In this document: positions 17,943 through 26,915 of the stretch, piece by piece
Numbering within the stretch: the stretch's first letter is position 1
Layout: each line of letters starts with the position of its first letter
Assembly (NCBI GenBank): GCA_027324805.1
Contig: DAHVRZ010000003.1
Span: forward strand, 1,294 to 65,293
DNA from: Candidatus Parcubacteria bacterium
GTDB taxonomy: Bacteria > Patescibacteriota > Minisyncoccia > UBA6257 > 2-01-FULL-56-20
DNA: 64,000 nucleotides
Direction of reading: 5' to 3'
The notes under the pieces: generated by a model
What the model was told of the DNA's origin: nothing
Database searches by the model: none
What the model saw: only the letters and a program-made list of their open reading frames with translations
Translations under genes and position numbers: made by a program

Positions 17943-20105
17943 ATGGCTCCTTTGTCACCTCAATCGACCGAACTCGAGAACAACGTCATTTATTTTGCGA
18001 GGACGAATTTCAGGAATTCGAGCCATCTTTTCGGTATCAAGCGCGCCGACCGGAGGCAACATACCTATGTGGTAGGGAAGACGGGTACGGGCAAAAGCTC
18101 GATGCTCAATAATATGATCGTGCAGGACGTTGCGAATGGCGAAGGTGTTTGTGTGGTTGACCCCCACGGCGAGCTTGTCGAAGGCATCCTCGACAAAATC
18201 CCCGAGGAGCGCATGAAGGATGTGGTCTATTTCAATCCGGCCGATCCCGATTTTCACGTCGGTTTCAATATCCTTGAGCTTCCCGACCCGAAATATAAGC
18301 ATCTTGTCGCCTCGGGCCTTATGGCCATCTTTACGAAAATATGGGCGGGTGTGTGGTCCGCCAGGATGGAATACATACTTAATAATTGCATTTTAGCGCT
18401 CCTCGATACGCCGGGCTCGACGCTTCTCGGCATTCCGCGGCTCCTGAGCGACAAAACCTACCGGCAGAAGATCATCGGGAATGTAAAAGATCCCGTGGTG
18501 AAGGCGTTTTGGATAAACGAGTTCGAGAGCTGGCAGGACCGGTTCCGCAATGAGGCGATCGCGCCGATCCAAAACAAAGTGGGACAGTTCCTTTCGACGT
18601 CGCTCGTACGCAACATCGTCGGACAGTCGAAGAGCACGATCGATGTGTTCGATATCATGAACGAAGGAAAGATATTCCTTGTGAACGTCTCGAAGGGGCG
18701 CATCGGCGAGGACAACTCCGCGCTTCTCGGCGCAATGCTCATCACGAAGATCCAGCTCGCCGCCATGGAACGCGTGCGTATCCCCGAAGAAGACCGCGTG
18801 GATTTTTATCTTTACGTCGACGAGTTCCAGAACTTTGCGACCGACTCCTTTGCGGGGATCTTGTCGGAAGCGCGCAAATACCGCCTTAACCTCACGCTCG
18901 CGCACCAGTATATCGGACAGCTTGTGACCGATACCTCGACGCGCGTACGCGATGCTATTTTCGGCAACGTGGGGACGATGATCGTATTCCGCGTCGGGGC
19001 TACGGATGCGGAATTCCTCGAAAACGAATTTTCCCCGGAGTTTACAATCGAGGACATTGTAAACCTGCCAAACTACCATATCTATATCAAACTCATGGTG
19101 GACGGGGTGACCGCAAGACCATTCTCGGCAATGACATTGCCGACATTCAAGGTAAAGTCCTCCGAGGTTATGCAGGAAGATATCATTAAGATGTCCCAGA
19201 AGTATTATGCCCGGCCGCGCGAGGCGATCGAGGCCGAGATCAATCGTTGGAGCGGCATTATGGACGCCGCCGGCTCTCCCGTCGAAGCCGCTCCAAGCGG
19301 AGGGGGGAGCGGCGGATCCGCGGAGCGGCCGGTGACGACGCCGGATGGCTTGGTGCAGAAGACCGCGCCGATTGCAACCGCTTCCGGCATCCGCTATCAG
19401 GCTGTTTGTTCGTCGTGCGGCAACCTTACGACGCTTCCGTTCGAACCGACACCCGGCCGCCCCGTCTATTGTCGGGATTGCATGAAGAAAATCGAATCAG
19501 GGGAGATAAAACCCGTCCGCGCAACATGGAGTCCTTCAAAAGGATCTTCGGTTCGCGCAAAAGAACGATCCACCGAGGCGCTGAGTCGTCTCGGCATCGA
19601 ATTCGCCGCGGAAGAGCCATCGCATTCGTCCGACGGCTCTTCAATGCCTCCCCGACAACCTTCAATGCCGCTGCCCCGCCGTCCACGGAGACCGATCGGT
19701 CCGACACCCGCCCCTTCATCATTACCGGATTCGATCCCGTCGAAGAGTCCTTCGAAGCCCGTTGCGCCACGATCCTTGGCAACACAACCGTCTTCGGGAG
19801 GATCGGAGGCGCAACAAGAGACCATTTCGCTTGTCGAACTTACGAAGCCGCAAGAGAAATCGGTTCAAAAATCAAAACATCCTCCCCATGCCGAAGTGAA
19901 TATCGCATCCCTGCGCGATGCCATCCGCGCATCGCTTGCCGCGGATCTCGGCGCCGCGTCGTCCGGTGATGCATCCGATGACGGTTTTGGAGTGACACCT
20001 CCGCTGTCGGAAAACGATGTCGCCCGGCCAAAGGAATCTCCGGCGGCGAATGTAAATAACGACGATGAAGACTACGAAGAAGACCATTCGCGCCGGAACC
20101 GTTAA
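17943..20105 (+). CDS. HerA/VirD4(TraG)-like ATPase, copy 2, with CxxC-x17-CxxC ribbon and low-complexity tail
   Basis: GKTGTGKS, VDPHGE, FYLYVDEFQN, LSEARKYRL; CSSC-x17-CRDC; Pro/Ser-rich then acidic C-terminus. Confidence 0.88.
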   Translation: MAPLSPQSTELENNVIYFARTNFRNSSHLFGIKRADRRQHTYVVGKTGTGKSSMLNNMIVQDVANGEGVCVVDPHGELVEGILDKIPEERMKDVVYFNPADPDFHVGFNILELPDPKYKHLVASGLMAIFTKIWAGVWSARMEYILNNCILALLDTPGSTLLGIPRLLSDKTYRQKIIGNVKDPVVKAFWINEFESWQDRFRNEAIAPIQNKVGQFLSTSLVRNIVGQSKSTIDVFDIMNEGKIFLVNVSKGRIGEDNSALLGAMLITKIQLAAMERVRIPEEDRVDFYLYVDEFQNFATDSFAGILSEARKYRLNLTLAHQYIGQLVTDTSTRVRDAIFGNVGTMIVFRVGATDAEFLENEFSPEFTIEDIVNLPNYHIYIKLMVDGVTARPFSAMTLPTFKVKSSEVMQEDIIKMSQKYYARPREAIEAEINRWSGIMDAAGSPVEAAPSGGGSGGSAERPVTTPDGLVQKTAPIATASGIRYQAVCSSCGNLTTLPFEPTPGRPVYCRDCMKKIESGEIKPVRATWSPSKGSSVRAKERSTEALSRLGIEFAAEEPSHSSDGSSMPPRQPSMPLPRRPRRPIGPTPAPSSLPDSIPSKSPSKPVAPRSLATQPSSGGSEAQQETISLVELTKPQEKSVQKSKHPPHAEVNIASLRDAIRASLAADLGAASSGDASDDGFGVTPPLSENDVARPKESPAANVNNDDEDYEEDHSRRNR

Positions 20106-20811
20106 AAGGAAAGCGTCCCACGGGGTGCAGTTCCATATTCTTACGGTTTTCCCGGAGATGTTCGGCTCGTACCTTGGCGAGTCGCTCTTTAAGCGAGCAC
20201 AAAGAGAAGGTCTCGTTTCGGTGAATCTGATGAATATCAGGGATTTTACCGATGATCGCCATAATAAAGTGGACGACCGGCCTTTCGGGGGCGGACCCGG
20301 CATGGTGCTCAAGGTTCAGCCCATTTGGGCGGCCCACGAGGCAATCCTCAAAAACATAGCACGAAAGGGATCAAAAAAATCCAAAGGGAAGACGAAAACA
20401 CGGACCGTTCTATTTTCCACGCGCGGAAAGAAACTCGATGCCGTGCACGCACGACGGCTGGCAATGTACGACCATCTTATCCTCGTGTGCGGACGCTATG
20501 AAGGCGTCGATGAGCGCGTGGCGGACCACATCGCCGATGAGGAGGTATCGATAGGGGATTACGTTCTTTCCGGCGGTGAGTTGCCGGCGCTTGTGCTTAT
20601 GGAAACAGTAAGTCGACATATTCCTGGCTTTCTAGGAAAAGAAGAGTCACTCGAGGAGATCAATGGCTCGTTTCCGACCTTTACACGGCCTGAAGTTTTC
20701 GTTCCTGGAACAAAGAAAGGTAAGGCCTGGAAGGTCCCGGACGTCCTTCTGTCGGGAGACCATAAAAAGATAGCTGAATGGCGTACATCGCACGGCGATA
20801 AAAAACTTTAG
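20065..20811 (+). CDS. trmD: tRNA (guanine37-N1)-methyltransferase
   Basis: FHILTVFPEMF, VDDRPFGGGPGMV, CGRYEGVDER, SIGDYVLSGGE; exact start uncertain. Confidence 0.96.
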   Translation: MKTTKKTIRAGTVKRKASHGVQFHILTVFPEMFGSYLGESLFKRAQREGLVSVNLMNIRDFTDDRHNKVDDRPFGGGPGMVLKVQPIWAAHEAILKNIARKGSKKSKGKTKTRTVLFSTRGKKLDAVHARRLAMYDHLILVCGRYEGVDERVADHIADEEVSIGDYVLSGGELPALVLMETVSRHIPGFLGKEESLEEINGSFPTFTRPEVFVPGTKKGKAWKVPDVLLSGDHKKIAEWRTSHGDKKL

Positions 20812-20845
20812 CTTTCCTTGATCCCGCATCCGGTATGGTTGAAGG

Positions 20846-22063
20846 ATGCGGACCTTCGTGCGCTCGGCGGATATTTTCCATGCGTGCATGGCGTCGTTCC
20901 TTCTGGGGGCGCTTGTTGTCGTGCACGGTTGGAACCGAGCGATGCCATTTTTCCTTTTGACAGCCGTGGTGATTGTCGGCATAGCAAGCTTGCGGATATC
21001 CGTGCGGACGGTGATGGTCGCCTGCGGCATATTGGCAACATTCCTTTTCTCAGTGATATATTGCCATGCCCGTCTTACGTTGCCATATTCAAACACATCA
21101 TCCTATGTTTCCGGATTATCGCTTACGGAACGTTTGGCGCTTTCCCGCGGTTTTGCGTTGTTGTCATACCGAAATGCGGCGCTTCTCGGGGCATTCATCG
21201 GCGGATCGACGCGGAGGCTCCCTCCTGATATGAGGGGTGGGATGGCGAATTCGGGAACTTCCTATCTTGTGGGTATGTATGGATACAAATTACATCTGCT
21301 TGTTGAAACGATTGCCGCGGTCTGCGCGTTTGTCGTTCCTAAAATGGTCGGTAAAATTGCGGGACTTGCCATGGCCGCATGTTTTGTTATCACTGCAGGC
21401 GCGCCGATTTCCGCGGTCCGTGCGGGGATAATGATCATATTCGTATCGCTTGCCGAGCTTGCCGGAAGACGCGCTGATCGCATTGCCGCACTCACCCTTT
21501 CGGCGTTCGTTATGGTCGCATGGGATCCCGCAGTATGTGGAAGCGTGGGCTTTCTTCTTTCATTCCTTAGCCTTCTTGGAATATATACGCTCGCACCGGC
21601 GCTCAAAGAATGCGCTATTATTTATGCCACGCGTATCCGGTCTGCGATGGTTCCCGTCGTTGCGGATTCACGCATTGGACGCATGGTTGGTGCGATATTC
21701 GGATTCCATGCGACCGCTTCTGCTGCAGTGAATCTCGCGATCCTCCCCGTGATCGCGCGGCTGGATGGCTCCTTTCCTTTGATATCGTTCGCATCGAATG
21801 TTTTTGCCGCGTTGCCATTCGGGGTCATGCTCGGATTGGGTGCCGGGCTCGCCGCCGCAGGGGTTACCATTCCTTCTGTTGCTATTCTTTTCATATTTCC
21901 GCTCAATGTCATTCTTGGATACGAGACGATGGTTATTCGTGTGACCGCGGCTGTGCCCTTCGATATTTCCGGCATAGCATTCCCGCCGCCCGTAATGGCG
22001 ATATATTATGCGGGACTTATGGTATTTGCGTGGCGATTCAGGAGGATAAAACGGCGTGCATAG
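20846..22063 (+). CDS. comEC: ComEC/Rec2 competence membrane domain (degenerate motifs)
   Basis: GAPISAVRAGIM, SVGFLLSF, multi-TM; the usual G..H...SG.H motif appears as GTSYLVGMYGYKLH. Confidence 0.75.
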   Translation: MRTFVRSADIFHACMASFLLGALVVVHGWNRAMPFFLLTAVVIVGIASLRISVRTVMVACGILATFLFSVIYCHARLTLPYSNTSSYVSGLSLTERLALSRGFALLSYRNAALLGAFIGGSTRRLPPDMRGGMANSGTSYLVGMYGYKLHLLVETIAAVCAFVVPKMVGKIAGLAMAACFVITAGAPISAVRAGIMIIFVSLAELAGRRADRIAALTLSAFVMVAWDPAVCGSVGFLLSFLSLLGIYTLAPALKECAIIYATRIRSAMVPVVADSRIGRMVGAIFGFHATASAAVNLAILPVIARLDGSFPLISFASNVFAALPFGVMLGLGAGLAAAGVTIPSVAILFIFPLNVILGYETMVIRVTAAVPFDISGIAFPPPVMAIYYAGLMVFAWRFRRIKRRA

Positions 22064-22080
22064 AAGGGATACGGACGACC

Positions 22081-22983
22081 ATGAAACAACCTATTCATCA
22101 AAGATTATTATTATTTTTGTTTATTGCGGCTTTTGTTATGGGGGATATCCTATCCTGGTATCGGATTCTTTTTGTGCCGCTGGTCGAAAATGCAGCGATA
22201 TATCCGATCATGCATTTCTTCGACGTGGGACAGGGAGATGCCGAACTTGTCTCATTTGGGGACGGCACGAATATTCTCACCGACGCCGGCCCAAGCGGTC
22301 CCGTCATTCTTGGCGCACTTGATTCGGTCCTTGGTTCGCGGGACCGTTCGATAGATATCATCATCATTTCGCAACCATCCGCCTCCCACTTCGGAGGCCT
22401 TCAGGATATAGTGGACCATTATCGCGTTGGTGCGATCGTCTATAACGGGAGGGATGCACCGCCCGGTGTTTCGGCGTGGCCGACGCTCCTTGAAAAGATA
22501 TCGGCCAAAATGATCCCGCTTATCACGCTGGGGGAAGGGGATCGTCTGCGCATCGGTACCTTGGGAGAGGTGGATATTCTTTCTCCGGGCCGTGAGCGTG
22601 CCGAAAGCCAGGAGCTCGGCGATACGGGCATCGTGCAGCTCGTTACAACAGACAAATTTCGGGCGCTTTTCACTGCCGATATAGGATCCGGCGTCGAAAA
22701 TGCCCTCGTGGCGCGGTATGGGATGTCATTACATGCCGATATCCTTAAAATCTCGCACAACGGATCAAAAAACTCCTCGGGAGCGGCATTTCTTTCGGCA
22801 GTATCGCCGCACATGGCGATCATAGAGGTTGGCGCAAAGAATTTCTACCATCAGCCGTCTGCCGAGACGCTTATTCGCATCGTTTCATCGACATCCGCAA
22901 GGGTCTTCCGGACGGATGAGGATGGAACCGTGACGGTATTCCGGGCTTCGGACGGTATACTTTCCGCGGTTGCCGCGCGCTGA
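22081..22983 (+). CDS. ComEC-type metallo-beta-lactamase-fold domain (stand-alone, degenerate)
   Basis: HFFDVGQGDA, ILTDAG, LFTADI, ILKISHNGS, FRTDEDG; N-terminal TM helix. Confidence 0.82.
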   Translation: MKQPIHQRLLLFLFIAAFVMGDILSWYRILFVPLVENAAIYPIMHFFDVGQGDAELVSFGDGTNILTDAGPSGPVILGALDSVLGSRDRSIDIIIISQPSASHFGGLQDIVDHYRVGAIVYNGRDAPPGVSAWPTLLEKISAKMIPLITLGEGDRLRIGTLGEVDILSPGRERAESQELGDTGIVQLVTTDKFRALFTADIGSGVENALVARYGMSLHADILKISHNGSKNSSGAAFLSAVSPHMAIIEVGAKNFYHQPSAETLIRIVSSTSARVFRTDEDGTVTVFRASDGILSAVAAR

Positions 22984-23010
22984 TGGCGAGACTGATGGTA
23001 TAATGGAACC

Positions 23011-24549
23011 ATGACACTGCTCATTCGCAATGTGCGGATACTGGGAGGCGAAAAGGAATTCCCCGATCCCATCGATGTCTTTGTAAATGGCGATACGATC
23101 TCGGCAATCGGCAATTTTGCCAACAAGAAAGCCGATACGATTCTTGATGGCCAGGGCGGATACCTTACTCCGGGATTCATCGATATTGATTCCACATCGG
23201 ACCATTATCTTACATTGTTCGATGACAGGGGACAGGAGGATTTTATCCGGCAGGGAGTAACGACCATTATTGGCGGTATGTGTGGAGCATCGCTCGCGCC
23301 GCTTGCATACGGAACGCTCGAATCCATCCAGAAATGGGGCGATCCTTCGCGCGTGAACGTGAACTGGCACACCATGGCGGAGTTCCTTTCCGTACTCGAC
23401 GCGCGTCCGCTCGCCGTGAACTTCGGCACGCTTGCGGGGCACGCCACCATCCGTCGGGCGCTCGTCGGGGAAGCGCTCCGCGAACTCACGAAGAACGAGA
23501 TGAATGTGTTCGCGCGCATGCTCGAAGAGGCGATGAAGCAAGGAGCCTTCGGCCTTTCGACGGGACTTTCCTATGTTCACGCCCGCGCCACGACCGATCT
23601 TGAACTCAATTTTTTCACGGACGTCGTTGCCCGGTTCGGCGGAGTGTATGCGACGCATCTGCGCGACGGTGCCGCCGGTGTCGTGCGGTCCATTGAGGAA
23701 ACCGTGAGCCTCGCCAAAGAACGCGGCGTAAAAACCCTCATAAGCCATTTCATGCCGATGCTCGGCGCCGGCAAGGAATACGAAGCGGCGCTCGCGGAGA
23801 TCGAAAGTCTTCCGGCAAACATGGAATTTCGCTTTGATGCGCATCCGTTCGCCGACTCACTCCTGCCGATCTATACATTCCTTCCCGAGTGGGCCCAAAA
23901 CGGCGGTATCGGAGTGATGGTTGCGAACGTCAATGACCAGTGGCTCCTCACCCGCATAAAGAAGGATATGTCCGAACTTGATGAGGACCATTTCATCATT
24001 GCGCAGGCACCCGGGAACGAATTCCTTGTCGGCAAAACCCTTCGTGAGCTGGGAGTCACATACGGAACGGGCGATGCGCGCGATGCGGTCCTTAAGCTGA
24101 TGGCGACGACAAAAATGAAGTGTTCGGTGCTCTACCGCAATATCGACGAAGTGCTCATTGCGAAGGCGATAGGAAGCCCGCGAAGCCTTGTCGCTTCCGC
24201 CGCGCCAAGCTGGAGTCGCAGCGGGCCTGCAGGAAAAAAACGAAGATTCCGCACGGAGCGCACCACCTCAACATTCACAAAGTTCCTCGGACTTGCCGCC
24301 GGCGGCCTCATGCCGCTTGATATGGCGGTCCGTAAAATCACCACTGAACCCGCCGCGCTATTTGGACTCAAAGGGAGGGGGGTGATTAGGGAGGGAAATA
24401 TTGCCGATCTCGCATGTTTCAAAGTGGATGGACAAGCGGGCGATCCTGTCGAGGTTCTTTTTACGGTCGTGAATGGCATAACGGTCAGGGCGGGGGATGA
24501 ATTCAAGGATGTCTTTCCTGGAAAGGTCTTGCGCCATAATGCCTCCTGA
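23011..24549 (+). CDS. N-acyl-D-amino-acid deacylase-like amidohydrolase (metal ligands altered)
   Basis: LTPGFIDIDSTSD, QGVTTIIGGMCG, GAFGLSTGLSY, YATHLRD, GRGVIREGNIADL. Confidence 0.8.
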   Translation: MTLLIRNVRILGGEKEFPDPIDVFVNGDTISAIGNFANKKADTILDGQGGYLTPGFIDIDSTSDHYLTLFDDRGQEDFIRQGVTTIIGGMCGASLAPLAYGTLESIQKWGDPSRVNVNWHTMAEFLSVLDARPLAVNFGTLAGHATIRRALVGEALRELTKNEMNVFARMLEEAMKQGAFGLSTGLSYVHARATTDLELNFFTDVVARFGGVYATHLRDGAAGVVRSIEETVSLAKERGVKTLISHFMPMLGAGKEYEAALAEIESLPANMEFRFDAHPFADSLLPIYTFLPEWAQNGGIGVMVANVNDQWLLTRIKKDMSELDEDHFIIAQAPGNEFLVGKTLRELGVTYGTGDARDAVLKLMATTKMKCSVLYRNIDEVLIAKAIGSPRSLVASAAPSWSRSGPAGKKRRFRTERTTSTFTKFLGLAAGGLMPLDMAVRKITTEPAALFGLKGRGVIREGNIADLACFKVDGQAGDPVEVLFTVVNGITVRAGDEFKDVFPGKVLRHNAS

Positions 24550-24551
24550 GC

Positions 24552-25697
24552 ATGTCGCCACGCGCACGTTCTTCATCCTCAACCAAAGCGCCCACCGCGA
24601 AAAGACTTCGGGCGGGCGCCCCCGACTATTTTCTTCTTGCGATCTTTGCAATACTCATCGTCTTTGGCCTTGCCATGCTCGCTTCCGCATCTTCCGACCT
24701 GGGAAAGATCCAATTCAACAACAGTTATTACTACATCGAACACCAGTTGCTCTACGGGCTTACGATCGGCGTTCTGGGATTTTTTGTTGCATATAAAATA
24801 AATTATCAGAGATTCAAAAAACTGGCGTTTATCCTTCTTCTTGTCAGTCTTTTCTTCCTTGTGCTCGTGTTCACGCCCCTTGGATCGGTAGTGAACAGTA
24901 CGAATCGTTGGCTCCGTTTCGGCCCGTTGAGCTTTCAGCCCGCCGAGCTTATGAAGCTTACCTATCTCATTTATCTTGGGGCGTGGCTATCAAATGCGAA
25001 ATTCAAACGCGCCACAGACCTCCAGTCGGGGTTCCTTCCGTTCGCGATCGTTTCGGGTATTATTGCGGCGCTTCTTATTCTTCAGCCGGCGACGAGTACC
25101 GTTGCCATCCTCATTGCCTCGGGCCTCGTCGTTTACTTTGTAAGCGGTGCTCCTTTCAGATATATCCTCACATTCATTGGCATCGGCATTGCGGTCATCG
25201 CACTCGTCATTCTCGCTACGCCATACCGCCGCGCGCGCATCGAGGGATTCCTCAATAAAGGATCGAATGTCCAAGGGCAGAACTACCAGGTGGACCAGGC
25301 GCTTATCGCCATCGGCTCCGGCGGAGTTGCGGGTGTCGGCTACGGTCAGTCGGCGGTCAAAGCGAGCTATCTGCCCGACCCGATCGACGATTCGATCTTT
25401 GCCGTTATTGCCGAAGAACTCGGCTTCATCGGGGCCGCGTCGCTCGTCGTGCTTTTTGCGCTGCTCACCTTCCGGATGTTCCAGCTTGCACGGCGGATAG
25501 GGGATCAGTTCGGGCGGCTCCTCCTTATCGGCTTCGGCACCGTGATCGCGTTCCAGGCATTGGTGAATATGGCATCGATCTCCGGCGTTATTCCGCTCAC
25601 CGGCGTACCGCTGCCCTTTGTAAGCTACGGCGGCACCGCGCTCGCCGTATTTACGACGATGATGGGATTATCACTGAACATCTCGCGATACGCATGA
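24552..25697 (+). CDS. ftsW: SEDS peptidoglycan glycosyltransferase FtsW
   Basis: RWLRFGPLSFQPAELMK, DSIFAVIAEELGF, PLTGVPLPFVSYGGT; precedes murG. Confidence 0.92.
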   Translation: MSPRARSSSSTKAPTAKRLRAGAPDYFLLAIFAILIVFGLAMLASASSDLGKIQFNNSYYYIEHQLLYGLTIGVLGFFVAYKINYQRFKKLAFILLLVSLFFLVLVFTPLGSVVNSTNRWLRFGPLSFQPAELMKLTYLIYLGAWLSNAKFKRATDLQSGFLPFAIVSGIIAALLILQPATSTVAILIASGLVVYFVSGAPFRYILTFIGIGIAVIALVILATPYRRARIEGFLNKGSNVQGQNYQVDQALIAIGSGGVAGVGYGQSAVKASYLPDPIDDSIFAVIAEELGFIGAASLVVLFALLTFRMFQLARRIGDQFGRLLLIGFGTVIAFQALVNMASISGVIPLTGVPLPFVSYGGTALAVFTTMMGLSLNISRYA

Positions 25698-25710
25698 TAT
25701 CATTAGTGCT

Positions 25711-26853
25711 ATGGCCGATACGGAAAAGTTTTTGATGGTCTTCACGGGCGGCGGAAGCGGTGGCCATGTCTATCCGCTCATCGCCGTTTCCGAAGCCCTC
25801 CGGAAGCGCCTCGCCGCGCTCAATGCGCCGTACGAGTATTTTTATATGGGGCCGAAGGACCAATATGCCTCGTTGCTTGCCGAGCAGGGGATGGCCATAC
25901 GTCCGATCACTGCCGGCAAGGTGCGGCGCTACCTTTCACTTCAGAATATCCTCGACATCCCGAAGTTCATTATCGGGTTCATCCAGTCGCTTTGGGGATT
26001 ATATGTGATCATGCCCGACATCGTTTTCTCGAAAGGAGGTACGGGATCGCTCGGGGTCGTCATAGCCGCGTGGTTCTATCGCATTCCCGTGCTCATCCAT
26101 GAATCCGATGCCCAGCCGGGCCTTAATAACCTTCTCTCCGCGCGTTTTTCGCGCGAGATATTCGTGAGCTTTGATCGCGCGGCAAAGTATTTCAATCCCG
26201 CGATCACCAAAGTCGTCGGGTCGCCGCTCCGCCCCGACCTTCTCGCACAACGGACCACGCGCGAGCTTGCCAAGGAAAATCTCGGATTCGACCCCTCGAA
26301 ACCGCTCGTTCTCATTCTTGGTGGTTCTCAGGGTTCGACACGCATCAATGAGTTTATTCTCGCGAATTTTGCCGAGCTTCTCAGGCGAACTCAGGTACTC
26401 CACCAGACCGGCCAAGCGAATTTCGCCGACGTTGAAAAGCTTTCCCACGCCGCTCTTCTTGAGACAGGCACGGAAAGCCGTTACCAGGCAGTGCCGTACT
26501 TCGCCGGCACTTTGGCCATGGCGATGACCGCGGCGGATCTCGTCATATCGCGCTCCGGCAGTTCCGTGTTCGAACTCGCGGCATTCGGCCTTCCCTCCAT
26601 CCTTATTCCTCTTGCCGAATCGGCAAACGGACACCAGCTTATCGATGCGGAGGAGTTTGCAAAGACGGGCGCAGCAATCGTGATCGAAGAGGAAAATCTT
26701 TTGCCAGGAATCTTTTTCGGCCAGATCGATCGTATCCTTTCCGATGACGGTTTGCGCGCCAAAATGAGCGCGGCCTCGGCGAAGTTTTTTATTCCGAATG
26801 CGGCCGAAACGATAGCTGGCGACATCATCGCCATCGTTGCCGCGACCGAATAA
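25711..26853 (+). CDS. murG: Lipid II GlcNAc transferase MurG
   Basis: TGGGSGGHVYP, IHESDAQPG, LGGSQGS, ADLVISRSG. Confidence 0.95.
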   Translation: MADTEKFLMVFTGGGSGGHVYPLIAVSEALRKRLAALNAPYEYFYMGPKDQYASLLAEQGMAIRPITAGKVRRYLSLQNILDIPKFIIGFIQSLWGLYVIMPDIVFSKGGTGSLGVVIAAWFYRIPVLIHESDAQPGLNNLLSARFSREIFVSFDRAAKYFNPAITKVVGSPLRPDLLAQRTTRELAKENLGFDPSKPLVLILGGSQGSTRINEFILANFAELLRRTQVLHQTGQANFADVEKLSHAALLETGTESRYQAVPYFAGTLAMAMTAADLVISRSGSSVFELAAFGLPSILIPLAESANGHQLIDAEEFAKTGAAIVIEEENLLPGIFFGQIDRILSDDGLRAKMSAASAKFFIPNAAETIAGDIIAIVAATE

Positions 26854-26915
26854 AGCGCCCGAATAGCTATTGATCCGGATGGATTTTTCTTCGATTTTGT
26901 GGTAAAATAGGCCTC

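Noticed and set aside
4459..20105. Integrative conjugative element
   Set aside because: No integrase, relaxase, VirB channel genes or flanking direct repeats seen; the block is contiguous with core genes (overlaps trmD)
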